Assembly: GCA_947054185.1 (NCBI GenBank)
Contig: CAMRVW010000001.1
Coordinates: 1-53,023, forward strand
Length of the DNA stretch: 53,023 nucleotides
Direction of reading: 5' to 3'
Source: an uncultured Rikenellaceae bacterium
Lineage (GTDB): Bacteria; Bacteroidota; Bacteroidia; Bacteroidales; Rikenellaceae
The notes below the pieces were generated by a model. It was given only the letters and a program-made list of their open reading frames with translations. It was not told the origin of the DNA and did no database searches. The position numbers and the translations under genes were made by a program. Positions 1 to 11,021 of this stretch are shown here, one piece after another (positions within the stretch are counted from its first letter, which is position 1; each line of letters starts with the position of its first letter).

Positions 1-187
1 ACTTCTTGGAACTATCTGTTTTTAGTGTCAAGGTGATATAACCATAGTCTGACGATGTCCATCCGCCGTGCCATCTTTTGCCGCTCAGCCCTTATTGTCT
101 GCCGCCCCGCCTCCACACCCTTTCCGCAATGGCCTTGGCCCCGTTTTGACATCATTCAGGCACCAACCACAAGGGTCAAAAACAGAT

Positions 188-232
188 ATGTCATAAATGT
201 GAAAGACGCATGTCGAAACATATTTATGACAT
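188..232. other. AT-rich inverted repeat (hairpin or operator-like), 14-nt arms
   Basis: atgtcataaatgtg (188-201) is complementary to catatttatgacat (219-232) at 13 of 14 positions, with a 17-nt loop. No T-run follows. Confidence 0.45.
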
Positions 233-255
233 TACACTCTTAGTCTTTGCTCTCA

Positions 256-398
256 AAAATATCAAAAGGGGGTCCGAGACCCCTCTGTGACCCCTCCCCC
301 GGAAGGGCCGCCGGAGGCAGTTCCCGCAAAACAATAAGAGGCAGTGCCGGCAAATCAAAACGGCAGTTCCGCAAATAAGAGGCAGTGCGTCAAGAAGC
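256..398 (+). repeat. GC-rich upstream element plus four ~19-24-bp-spaced GGCAGTKCCGCAAA direct repeats. An inverted copy lies at 52941-53023.
   Basis: aaaatatcaaa..ggggtccg..tgacccctcccccggaagggccgccggaggcagt matches the reverse complement of the last ~80 nt of the window. GGCAG cores start at 316, 340, 362 and 381. A perfect TGCCGGCA palindrome lies at 345-352. Confidence 0.7.
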
Positions 399-432
399 GA
401 AGATATTCTTTTGTCGTTTAGTGGCATTGTTG

Positions 433-440
433 TATCTTTG
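433..440 (+). promoter_or_regulatory. Bacteroides-type -7 promoter box TATCTTTG for folE
   Basis: Exact TAnnTTTG match 21 nt upstream of the folE ATG (461). Confidence 0.55.
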
Positions 441-460
441 CGCATCAACAAACGTTTCTT

Positions 461-1051
461 ATGAGTATATACGACAAGGTTGAGGAGTATGACGACGAGG
501 CTGTCGGGGAGATTGCCGGTCATTATCGCGCCCTGCTCTCCTTACTGGGAGAGGATCCCTCTCGTGAGGGGCTTGAGAAGACACCTGTGAGGGCTGCCAA
601 GGCGATGGCTTTTTTCACCAAAGGATATGACGAAGACCCTGAGCAGATATTGCTCTCGGCACGGTTTCGCGAGGAGTATCGTCAGATGGTGATAGTCAAA
701 GATATAGAGCTTTATTCTCTGTGCGAACACCATCTGTTGCCCTTTTACGGCAAGGTGCATGTGGCATACATTCCCAACGGATATATCGCAGGGCTGTCTA
801 AGATTGCGCGCGTGGTCGAGGCGTTTGCCAGACGCTTGCAGGTGCAGGAGAGGCTTACGGTGCAGATACGCGACTCCATACAGAAAGCCTTGCAGCCGTT
901 AGGCGTGGCCGTGCTGATAGAGGCCAGCCATATGTGCATGCAGATGCGCGGAGTGCAAAAGCAAAACTCGGTGACCACCACATCGGCCTTTACGGGGGTG
1001 TTCCTCAAAGAGATGAAAACACGTGAAGAGTTTATTTCACTAATCAAATAA
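461..1051 (+). CDS. folE: GTP cyclohydrolase I
   Basis: 196-aa ORF with FolE hallmarks ([22 protein letters not shown]). The length is typical. Confidence 0.95.
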   Translation: MSIYDKVEEYDDEAVGEIAGHYRALLSLLGEDPSREGLEKTPVRAAKAMAFFTKGYDEDPEQILLSARFREEYRQMVIVKDIELYSLCEHHLLPFYGKVHVAYIPNGYIAGLSKIARVVEAFARRLQVQERLTVQIRDSIQKALQPLGVAVLIEASHMCMQMRGVQKQNSVTTTSAFTGVFLKEMKTREEFISLIK

Positions 1052-1059
1052 TAACACAG

Positions 1060-2478
1060 ATGAGCGGATTTTTTGGATGCGTGTCGCGCAACGAATGTGT
1101 GGGCGACGTATTCTATGGCACTGATTACCATTCACATTTGGGAACTAAGCGTGCGGGCATGGCCTTTTTCGACGGCACCAAGTTCGTGCGGTCGATACAC
1201 AGTATCGAAAACGCCTATTTCCGCAATAAGTTCGAGCCGGACTTGCCGCGATTCGAGGGGTCGCGCATGGGCATAGGGGTCATATCAGACACCGAGTCGC
1301 AGCCCATAACGGTGACGAGTTGTTTGGGACGCTTCTCGGTGGTGACGGTGGGACGCATCGACAACATAGACGCCTTGTGCGGTGAGGTGCTGAGCGAGCA
1401 CAGACACTTCTCCGAGCTTTCCGATTCGTCGTTCAACGCCACCGAGCTGGTGGCCATACTGATTGCCTCGTGCTCTTCTTTCGAGGAGGGCATACGCAAC
1501 GTGCAAAACAGGGTCAAAGGCTCGTGCAGCATGCTGATACTCACAGAGCAGGGCATATATGCCTCGCGCGACAAGTATGGACGTACACCCATAGTGTTGG
1601 GGCGTAACGACACCGGATATGTGTGTGCTTTCGAGTCGTCGTCTTTTACCAACTTAGGCTATAAGACGGTGCGTGACGTGGATGCCGGCGAGACGGTGTT
1701 TCTCACCTCAGACGGCATATTGAGCATCTTGCCTCCATCGCCCAAGAAGCAGGTGTGCTCGTTTCTGTGGATCTATTACGGTTATCCTTCCTCTTATTAC
1801 GAGGGTATCAACGTGGAGGAGTCGCGCTATCGTTGCGGGGCTGCCATATCGAGGTATGACGAGGGGTTGAAGGTCGATTTCGCCGCCGGCATACCCGATT
1901 CGGGCATAGGTCATGCCATCGGTTACAGTAAATGCCGCGGCATACCTTACGAACGCTCGTTCGTCAAATATACGCCCACGTGGCCGCGCAGCTTCATGCC
2001 TCAGAACCAGAAGATGCGCGACCTTGTGGCCAAGATGAAGCTGATTCCCAACAAGGAGTTGACCAAAGACAAGAGCGTGGTGTTTCTCGATGACTCGATA
2101 GTGCGCGGAACACAACTCAAAGACAATGTGGTCAAGCTGATAGAGAGCGGCATCAAAGAGGTGCACATGCGCATTGCCTGCCCTCCGCTTATCTATCCGT
2201 GCCTGTTTCTCAACTTCTCGTCGTCGCGCTCGTCGTTCGACCTCTTCACCCGCCGCATAATACGCGACCTGGAGGGCACGACAGACCTTACCGACGACAT
2301 GCTTAAGGAGTATGCCGACGCCGAAAGCCCCAAGTATAAGCGTATGGTGGAGGTGATGCGGGAGCACCTCAAGCTCACGACCCTCAAGTTTCAGCGGCTC
2401 GATGATTTGGTCAAGGCCATAGGGTTGCCTAAAGAGCAGCTGTGCACCCACTGCTTTGACAACTCGAGCTATCTTTAG
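1060..2478 (+). CDS. Amidophosphoribosyltransferase-like protein (class-II amidotransferase-like N-domain plus PRTase domain)
   Basis: 472 aa. The N-terminus MSGFFG aligns to the MCGIVG of canonical PurF. A PRPP-binding loop VVFLDDSIVRGTQ is present. The gene starts 8 nt after the folE stop. Confidence 0.85.
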   Translation: MSGFFGCVSRNECVGDVFYGTDYHSHLGTKRAGMAFFDGTKFVRSIHSIENAYFRNKFEPDLPRFEGSRMGIGVISDTESQPITVTSCLGRFSVVTVGRIDNIDALCGEVLSEHRHFSELSDSSFNATELVAILIASCSSFEEGIRNVQNRVKGSCSMLILTEQGIYASRDKYGRTPIVLGRNDTGYVCAFESSSFTNLGYKTVRDVDAGETVFLTSDGILSILPPSPKKQVCSFLWIYYGYPSSYYEGINVEESRYRCGAAISRYDEGLKVDFAAGIPDSGIGHAIGYSKCRGIPYERSFVKYTPTWPRSFMPQNQKMRDLVAKMKLIPNKELTKDKSVVFLDDSIVRGTQLKDNVVKLIESGIKEVHMRIACPPLIYPCLFLNFSSSRSSFDLFTRRIIRDLEGTTDLTDDMLKEYADAESPKYKRMVEVMREHLKLTTLKFQRLDDLVKAIGLPKEQLCTHCFDNSSYL

Positions 2479-2641
2479 CCTGAGGCCGGGGCGCTCTCTT
2501 CGGGGCTGAAGGGTGGGCGCGTGGTGTGGCGCTTGTTTGGAGGATGTCGGTGTGCTTTTTTGAGGGTGTGTCCGGCGGCGGTGGCGCTTTGCCGGGGGTG
2601 TATTGAGAATAAGGTGTTGTTTGAGTGTTATATGACAGAGT

Positions 2642-3784
2642 ATGAGAGATAGATTGACATTCACCGTTGAGCATGCTGACAAGGCCACGTGTGCGCGGGC
2701 AGGGTTGCTGGAGACCGACCACGGTGTCATACGCACACCCATATTCATGCCTGTGGGTACGGCGGCGACAGTCAAAGGGGTGTTTCATCGCGACCTTACC
2801 GAGCAGGTGGGGGCGCAGATCATACTCGGCAACACATATCATCTCTATCTGCGTCCGGGGCTCGATATAATAGGTCGTGCCGGCGGGTTGCACAGATTCT
2901 CGTCGTGGGATGGCCCTCTGCTGACCGACAGCGGCGGTTTTCAGGTCTTCTCCTTGGCCGAGTGCCGCAAGCTCACCGAGGAGGGATGCCGTTTCAGTTC
3001 GCATATAGACGGGTCGCGTCACCTTTTTACGCCCGAGAATGTGATTGACACCCAGCGTATTATAGGTGCCGACATAATGATGGCTTTCGACGAGTGTCCG
3101 CCAGGCACCGCTCCTTACGACTATGCCGAAAGGTCGCTCGACCTTACATTGAGGTGGCTGGATCGTTGCATGGAGCGTTACCGTGCCACCGAGCCTCTTT
3201 ACGGTCATTATCAGGCCTTGTTTCCGATAGTGCAGGGGGTGGTCTATCGTGACCTGCGGGCGAGGGCGGCGCAAAAGGTGTGCGAGTATGACGCCGACGG
3301 TTATGCCATAGGCGGGTTGGCCGTGGGTGAGCCTGCCGAGCAGATGTATGAGATGATAGAGGTGGTGAATGCCATATTGCCCGCCGACAGGCCGCGTTAT
3401 CTTATGGGTGTGGGCACTCCGGCCAACCTGCTGGAGTCGATAGAGCGCGGGGTGGACATGTTCGACTGCGTGATGCCCACGCGCAACGGACGTAATGGCA
3501 TGTTGTTTACATGGGATGGCGTGATAAACATACGCAACAAGAAGTGGGAGGACGACTTCTCGCCCATAGATCCGGAGAGCGATTGTTTCGTCGACCGCAC
3601 ATACACCAAGGCCTATCTGCGGCATCTTACCATTGCCGGCGAGATGTTGGCGGCTCAGATTGCCTCTATGCACAACCTGGCCTTTTACCTGCAACTGGTG
3701 GAGGCGGCTCGTGAGCACATCATTGCCGGCGACTTCAAGGAGTGGAAAGAGCACACCATAGAGCGTGTGAGCAGGCGTCGGTAA
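2642..3784 (+). CDS. tgt: Queuine tRNA-ribosyltransferase (tRNA-guanine transglycosylase)
   Basis: 380 aa with TPIFMPVGT, LTDSGGFQV, YAIGGLAVGE and FDCVMPTRNGRNG motifs typical of Tgt. Confidence 0.95.
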   Translation: MRDRLTFTVEHADKATCARAGLLETDHGVIRTPIFMPVGTAATVKGVFHRDLTEQVGAQIILGNTYHLYLRPGLDIIGRAGGLHRFSSWDGPLLTDSGGFQVFSLAECRKLTEEGCRFSSHIDGSRHLFTPENVIDTQRIIGADIMMAFDECPPGTAPYDYAERSLDLTLRWLDRCMERYRATEPLYGHYQALFPIVQGVVYRDLRARAAQKVCEYDADGYAIGGLAVGEPAEQMYEMIEVVNAILPADRPRYLMGVGTPANLLESIERGVDMFDCVMPTRNGRNGMLFTWDGVINIRNKKWEDDFSPIDPESDCFVDRTYTKAYLRHLTIAGEMLAAQIASMHNLAFYLQLVEAAREHIIAGDFKEWKEHTIERVSRRR

Positions 3785-3909
3785 GGTGCGTGGTGTGTGC
3801 CGGGCGGTGACGTGGCGCGGTGAGCATCCTGAGAGTGGCGCGGCGGGAGTTTTTGAAATGGAGCGGTGCGGAGAGCGACAGAAAAGCAACGGTCATAAAA
3901 ACGGAAAGA

Positions 3910-5058
3910 ATGGAAAACGACACATCGATGATAAAGAAAAATGCGGGTTCTCTGTGGAGCCGCATCGGTAAGTTGAAGGTGGGGCGCATAGACCGTTACA
4001 TCATGCGTAAGTTTATCGGCACCTATCTGTTCACCATATTGTTGCTTGTGGTGATAGTGGCTATTTTCCATGCGGTGGAGAATATCACCGACTTCATAGA
4101 GCGCAACGCCACGATGAGCGATATTCTGCTGGTCTATTATCCCAACTTCGTGCCTTTTTTCATAAACCAGTTTTCGGGGCTGATAACCTTTATAGCCGTC
4201 ATCTTTTTCACCTCAAAGATGGCTTATAACACCGAGATAATAGCCATACTGTCGGGCGGGGTGTCGTTCAAGAGGCTCATGTGGCCCTATTTCCTGTCGG
4301 CGTTTCTTATAGCCTCGCTGAGTCTGGCCCTCAACCTTTTCATATTGCCCGAGTCTAACAAGGTGAGGATAGATTTTGAGCAGAAATATCTCAAAAAGGG
4401 GTTGAGAGGTAATTATGAAGAGTTGATATACAGGCAGATATCTCCGAATACCTTTATATGTATCAAGGGTTACAACAACCTCACCAAGAGCGCCGAGTTC
4501 ATGACGCTCGAGACCTATGACGGCGGGCGCATAGTGTCGTCGCTGTTGGCGCGCGCACCGCGTTTCAATGTGCAGACAAAGCGTTGGACGGCGTCGCATT
4601 ACCTGAAGCGCGAGAATATAAACGGGGTGGAGGTGTTGCAGAAGAAGCGTAACCTCGACACCATGATCAACCTGTCGGCCAATGAGCTGGGCAAGGTCAA
4701 CAATTATATTCAGACGCTTAACATAGTGAGTCTGCGCCGTTTCATACGCGAGCAGGAGCGCAAGGGGTCTGACATGGTGTCGGCATTCAAGGTGGACATG
4801 TACAACAGGTTCGCTTACCCGGTGTCGACATTCATACTGACGCTCATAGGCGTGTCGCTGTCGTCGCGCAAGGTGAGGGGCGGCACGGGGGTGCATATAG
4901 GAGTGGGCATAACGCTATGTTTCGCCTATATTCTGGTGATGCAGTTCGCCAATGAGTTTGCCAAGGGAGGGGTGTTGCCGCCGGTGGTGTCGGTGTGGAT
5001 GCCCAACGTGATATTTGCCTTTATCGCCATATATCTTTACAAAAAAGCGCCTAAGTAA
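3910..5058 (+). CDS. LptF/LptG (YjgP/YjgQ) family permease
   Basis: The N-terminal IDRYIMRKFIGTYLFTILLL helix, a large periplasmic loop and C-terminal TM helices fit the family. The start is uncertain: the open frame begins at 3820, with in-frame ATGs at 3910 and 3928. Confidence 0.8.
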   Translation: MENDTSMIKKNAGSLWSRIGKLKVGRIDRYIMRKFIGTYLFTILLLVVIVAIFHAVENITDFIERNATMSDILLVYYPNFVPFFINQFSGLITFIAVIFFTSKMAYNTEIIAILSGGVSFKRLMWPYFLSAFLIASLSLALNLFILPESNKVRIDFEQKYLKKGLRGNYEELIYRQISPNTFICIKGYNNLTKSAEFMTLETYDGGRIVSSLLARAPRFNVQTKRWTASHYLKRENINGVEVLQKKRNLDTMINLSANELGKVNNYIQTLNIVSLRRFIREQERKGSDMVSAFKVDMYNRFAYPVSTFILTLIGVSLSSRKVRGGTGVHIGVGITLCFAYILVMQFANEFAKGGVLPPVVSVWMPNVIFAFIAIYLYKKAPK

Positions 5059-5492
5059 TGGAGGTGTTGTTAGGAGAGTGGGGCTATATAGGCCTGTTCA
5101 TAGGGTCGTTTCTTGCAGCCACCGTTGTGCCGTTCAGCTCGGATGTGCTGCTTGTGGGTATGTTGGTGGCGGGGGCATCGGTGTGGCCTGCCGTCATTGT
5201 GGCAACGGTTGGCAACTGGCTCGGTGGGCTGACCTCTTATTACATGGGTTACATAGGCAAGTGGGAGTGGCTGGAGAGGTGGTTTCGGGTCAAGAGGTCG
5301 ACGTTGGAGAAGCAGAAATCGAGGGTGGACAGGTATGGCCCGTTGCTGGCCCTTATGACATGGTTGCCCGTGGTGGGCGATGTGTTTGCCATAGCTCTGG
5401 GTTTTTACCGTCAGCGATTCTGGCCCTCGGCGGCATATATGCTGGCAGGCAAGGCGGCAAGGTTTGTGATATGGGCGCTCTTTTTCGTGTGA
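5058..5492 (+). CDS. YqaA/DedA-like small integral membrane protein
   Basis: 144 aa with 4 predicted TM helices. The ATG overlaps the upstream stop (TAATG at 5056-5060). Confidence 0.7.
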   Translation: MEVLLGEWGYIGLFIGSFLAATVVPFSSDVLLVGMLVAGASVWPAVIVATVGNWLGGLTSYYMGYIGKWEWLERWFRVKRSTLEKQKSRVDRYGPLLALMTWLPVVGDVFAIALGFYRQRFWPSAAYMLAGKAARFVIWALFFV

Positions 5493-5536
5493 GAGGGGCC
5501 GCCGGTTGAAGTTTTTCTTTTGGGGGATCGGGGATT

Positions 5537-6067
5537 GTGGGCCTCAGATGTCGGAAAGATTTTATTTACAGTGATGTGAGTAAGTTCGGTGAATTTGTCG
5601 ACAACAAGGGGTTGTTGTTTGTGTTGGTGGGGGCGGCCGCTTTGGTGTCGGTATATTTCGGCGGTCGCACGTTGTATGACCTCTGTTGCAAGCAGAAGGA
5701 GTATGACACCACAATGGCCACCGTTGTCAATGTTACCGAGAGAGAGCACGTAAGGCGCTCCGGCAGACGTACGAGGCGTTCGGTCGAGCGAATATATACC
5801 GTTGCATATAAGACAGCCTCGGGGCGTACGTGTCAGAGCGTTTTGCAGTCATCGTCTCTTGTGAGGTATGACAGGGGCGAGACACTGGAGGTGGTTTACG
5901 ATCCGCAGAATCCGTATGATGTGCTGAACCCCAAAGGGGTACGCCGTTTCGGGTGGTTGTTGATAGGCTTAGGGGTTATTTTTATTGTGATAATACCTCC
6001 CTCTTACATGGCCGAGAAGCGTAAGAACGGACGTAAGGCGCAGGAAGAGGATAACGAGGAGGAGTAA
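5537..6067 (+). CDS. DUF3592-like membrane protein
   Basis: 176 aa with two TM helices flanking a beta-rich domain (ATVVNVTERE...YTVAYKT...VVYDPQNP). The start is GTG and the C-terminal tail is acidic. Confidence 0.55.
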   Translation: MGLRCRKDFIYSDVSKFGEFVDNKGLLFVLVGAAALVSVYFGGRTLYDLCCKQKEYDTTMATVVNVTEREHVRRSGRRTRRSVERIYTVAYKTASGRTCQSVLQSSSLVRYDRGETLEVVYDPQNPYDVLNPKGVRRFGWLLIGLGVIFIVIIPPSYMAEKRKNGRKAQEEDNEEE

Positions 6068-6280
6068 CGGTGCGGTTGCCTTGCGTGGTGCAGATGTTGT
6101 GGCACAGTATGTCATGACGTTTGTTTCTATAAAAACAGGCGCGATGGGCCACTATTGCCGGTATCCCTAATGGTTTGCGAGGCATGTTGCTGTCGGTTTA
6201 CGAAGCATTTGTGTAATAGTGCGCATGAAACGGCGGGTGTGATGCCGGCGCGTGAAGTGTGAGGTGCGTCCTTTTAGGAT

Positions 6281-6324
6281 AAGGCGACCTCTTCGGCAGA
6301 TGTCGGAGAGGTCGCCTTGTTTTT
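6281..6324. terminator. Bidirectional stem-loop terminator
   Basis: aaggcgacctct (6281-6292) pairs with agaggtcgcctt (6307-6318), followed by gttttt. It lies between convergent genes. Confidence 0.6.
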
Positions 6325-6427
6325 GCATTTACATGATATTTGCCTTCGGGTGGCTCGTTGTCGGGTGTCGACGCAGGGTGGTGCGGTGGTCCGGGTGTTG
6401 GCGCGGCGGGGGATTAGGGCCGGACGG

Positions 6428-7003
6428 TTATATCACCGGCTTGCGGTTGATGTCGAATATGTTGATGCCGGCGCGGTCGAAGATGTCTTCCAGGGCGGGG
6501 AGACCATATTGACGTTTGTAATCGAGTTCCGATTGCGAGATGGGTATGCCGAGCATCACCTTGACAGGATAGTTGAGCACTTTGAGCGACGCGAGCTTGT
6601 TGTGCCACAGGTAAGGGTAATAGAACATCACGTGCTTCATTGCCGCTTTGGGGTAATACAGCTCTATGACCGATTCGAACACGTTGCCCAGAGAGCAGTC
6701 CCACTTGTCGCGTATGACGAAAAAGGCACACGAGGCCACCACGGCCTCTATGTCGGGAAACTGTCTGTGTCCGCCCATGACAATCTCGTAACACCCTCCG
6801 TTCACGTTGTAACCCATAAGGCCGAGCGAGGCGTAAAACGACACGTTGGCATCGGCGGCGTCGGCACATTGCAGTATGTCGAGGTTGCATGAGCCGAAGT
6901 CGTCGATAAAGTTGCTTACCGTCGGGTTGACACCTAATATGGGCGACAACTTGGAGAAAAGCTCTATCTGCGCATTGCTCGGATATAAGACAGGAGATTG
7001 CAA
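6428..7003 (-). CDS. Suppressor-of-fused (SUFU)-like domain protein
   Basis: 191 aa with ordinary amino-acid composition, unlike the two overlapping ORFs. The FYASLGLM...EIVM core and the C-terminal IPISQSELDY..G..ALEDIF...I.IFD..R pattern resemble bacterial SUFU-family proteins as I remember them. Confidence 0.5.
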   Translation of the reverse strand: MQSPVLYPSNAQIELFSKLSPILGVNPTVSNFIDDFGSCNLDILQCADAADANVSFYASLGLMGYNVNGGCYEIVMGGHRQFPDIEAVVASCAFFVIRDKWDCSLGNVFESVIELYYPKAAMKHVMFYYPYLWHNKLASLKVLNYPVKVMLGIPISQSELDYKRQYGLPALEDIFDRAGINIFDINRKPVI

Positions 7004-7087
7004 AATGTTTGTGCTTTATTCGTTCTTTTTCGGTCAAAGGGTGCGTGTGTCTGAAGGCACGATGCATCCTTGCGGTGGTGCAGTTGA

Positions 7088-7124
7088 CTGCCGTGCCCTC
7101 GGCATTGGCTTTTAGGCACGGCAG
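7088..7124 (-). terminator. Intercistronic 10-bp stem-loop downstream of secA (no clear U-run)
   Basis: ctgccgtgcc (7088-7097) pairs with ggcacggcag (7115-7124), 43 nt after the secA stop. Confidence 0.35.
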
Positions 7125-7166
7125 CATCTGTATAACGTTCACATCGGCGGTTTATTGCATATGTGC

Positions 7167-10454
<3,288 letters not shown>

Positions 10455-10513
10455 AATATGTTAAAACTCTTTTAATTGCGTGTTTCGGTGAAAATAAAAA
10501 ATATTCAGCCCTC

Positions 10514-10521
10514 CAAAGTTA
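10514..10521 (-). promoter_or_regulatory. -7 box TAACTTTG for secA
   Basis: The reverse complement of caaagtta matches TAnnTTTG, ~60 nt upstream of the secA ATG. Confidence 0.45.
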
Positions 10522-10592
10522 CAATAATTTTGCCATTCGGTCAATTTTTCAGGAGGGAAATTTTAGCGCTTGTATATATAAGAGGTTTGTAT

Positions 10593-10600
10593 TAATTTTG
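10593..10600 (+). promoter_or_regulatory. Candidate -7 box TAATTTTG
   Basis: Exact TAnnTTTG match, but 420 nt upstream of the next + strand ATG (11022). It would imply a very long leader or a separate small RNA. Confidence 0.3.
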
Positions 10601-10865
10601 CAATGACTGCAAGTTGTTCTTTATTAGAAGAGCGACGGCATTACAACAGATTGATTATTAACTAAAACGTAAATTAAGAAACAGACAGGAAGAGACATGA
10701 CCTTGGGGTAACCTTTCTGCAGATGGACGGGTGCCTTGATTTTGACCGTTAGATGTGTGAGACATCAATTCGGCAACAGTAAAATTTTAACACTAAAGGT
10801 CGTTTCTGTTCATAACTTGAAAAAATAAAATAGGAACTATTTGGTTCTTGTTCTTTTTCGTTGAA

Positions 10866-10964
10866 TACCGCCAATTATTCGTCATGCAAGAACAGGCATC
10901 AGGGAAGTTCACGCCTTTGGCGTGGGCTATCCTTTGCTTGTGCATGACGGGTCGCTTGGCGGTA
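10866..10964. ncRNA. ~100-nt rod-like imperfect hairpin (candidate structured RNA or MITE-like element)
   Basis: taccgccaa (10866-10874) pairs with ttggcggta (10956-10964). cgtcatgca (10880-10888) pairs with tgcatgacg (10941-10949). The apex is a cacgcc/ggcgtg hairpin. The strand is undetermined. Confidence 0.3.
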
Positions 10965-11021
10965 ACCTAACGAAAGCAGGTAAATGGATGGTCGCGCCTT
11001 TTTTTTATTTATTTAATTGAT

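Noticed and set aside
55-243. 62-aa ORF at the left edge.
   Set aside because: It has no motif, no -7 box and odd composition, and it overlaps the AT-rich palindrome. It is probably non-coding.
1708-2775. 355-aa ORF antisense to the PurF-like gene.
   Set aside because: It has the same antisense-frame signature (Arg/His/Ala/Leu-rich with no motifs), and it is fully explained by the sense gene.
2429-3889. 486-aa ORF antisense to the whole tgt gene.
   Set aside because: Its composition is Arg/His/Pro/Gly-rich and low in Lys/Glu/Asn, which is typical of the reverse frame of a GC-rich, RNY-biased gene. It has no recognisable motif. The sense frame is an unambiguous Tgt.
10455-11021. tmRNA, RNase P RNA, SRP RNA, 6S RNA or a known riboswitch in the long secA-upstream gap.
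   Set aside because: The diagnostic conserved strings I remember are absent (for example the RNase P GGAAAGTCC-type core, the tmRNA tRNA-like ends and the B12 box). The region is kept only as an unclassified candidate.
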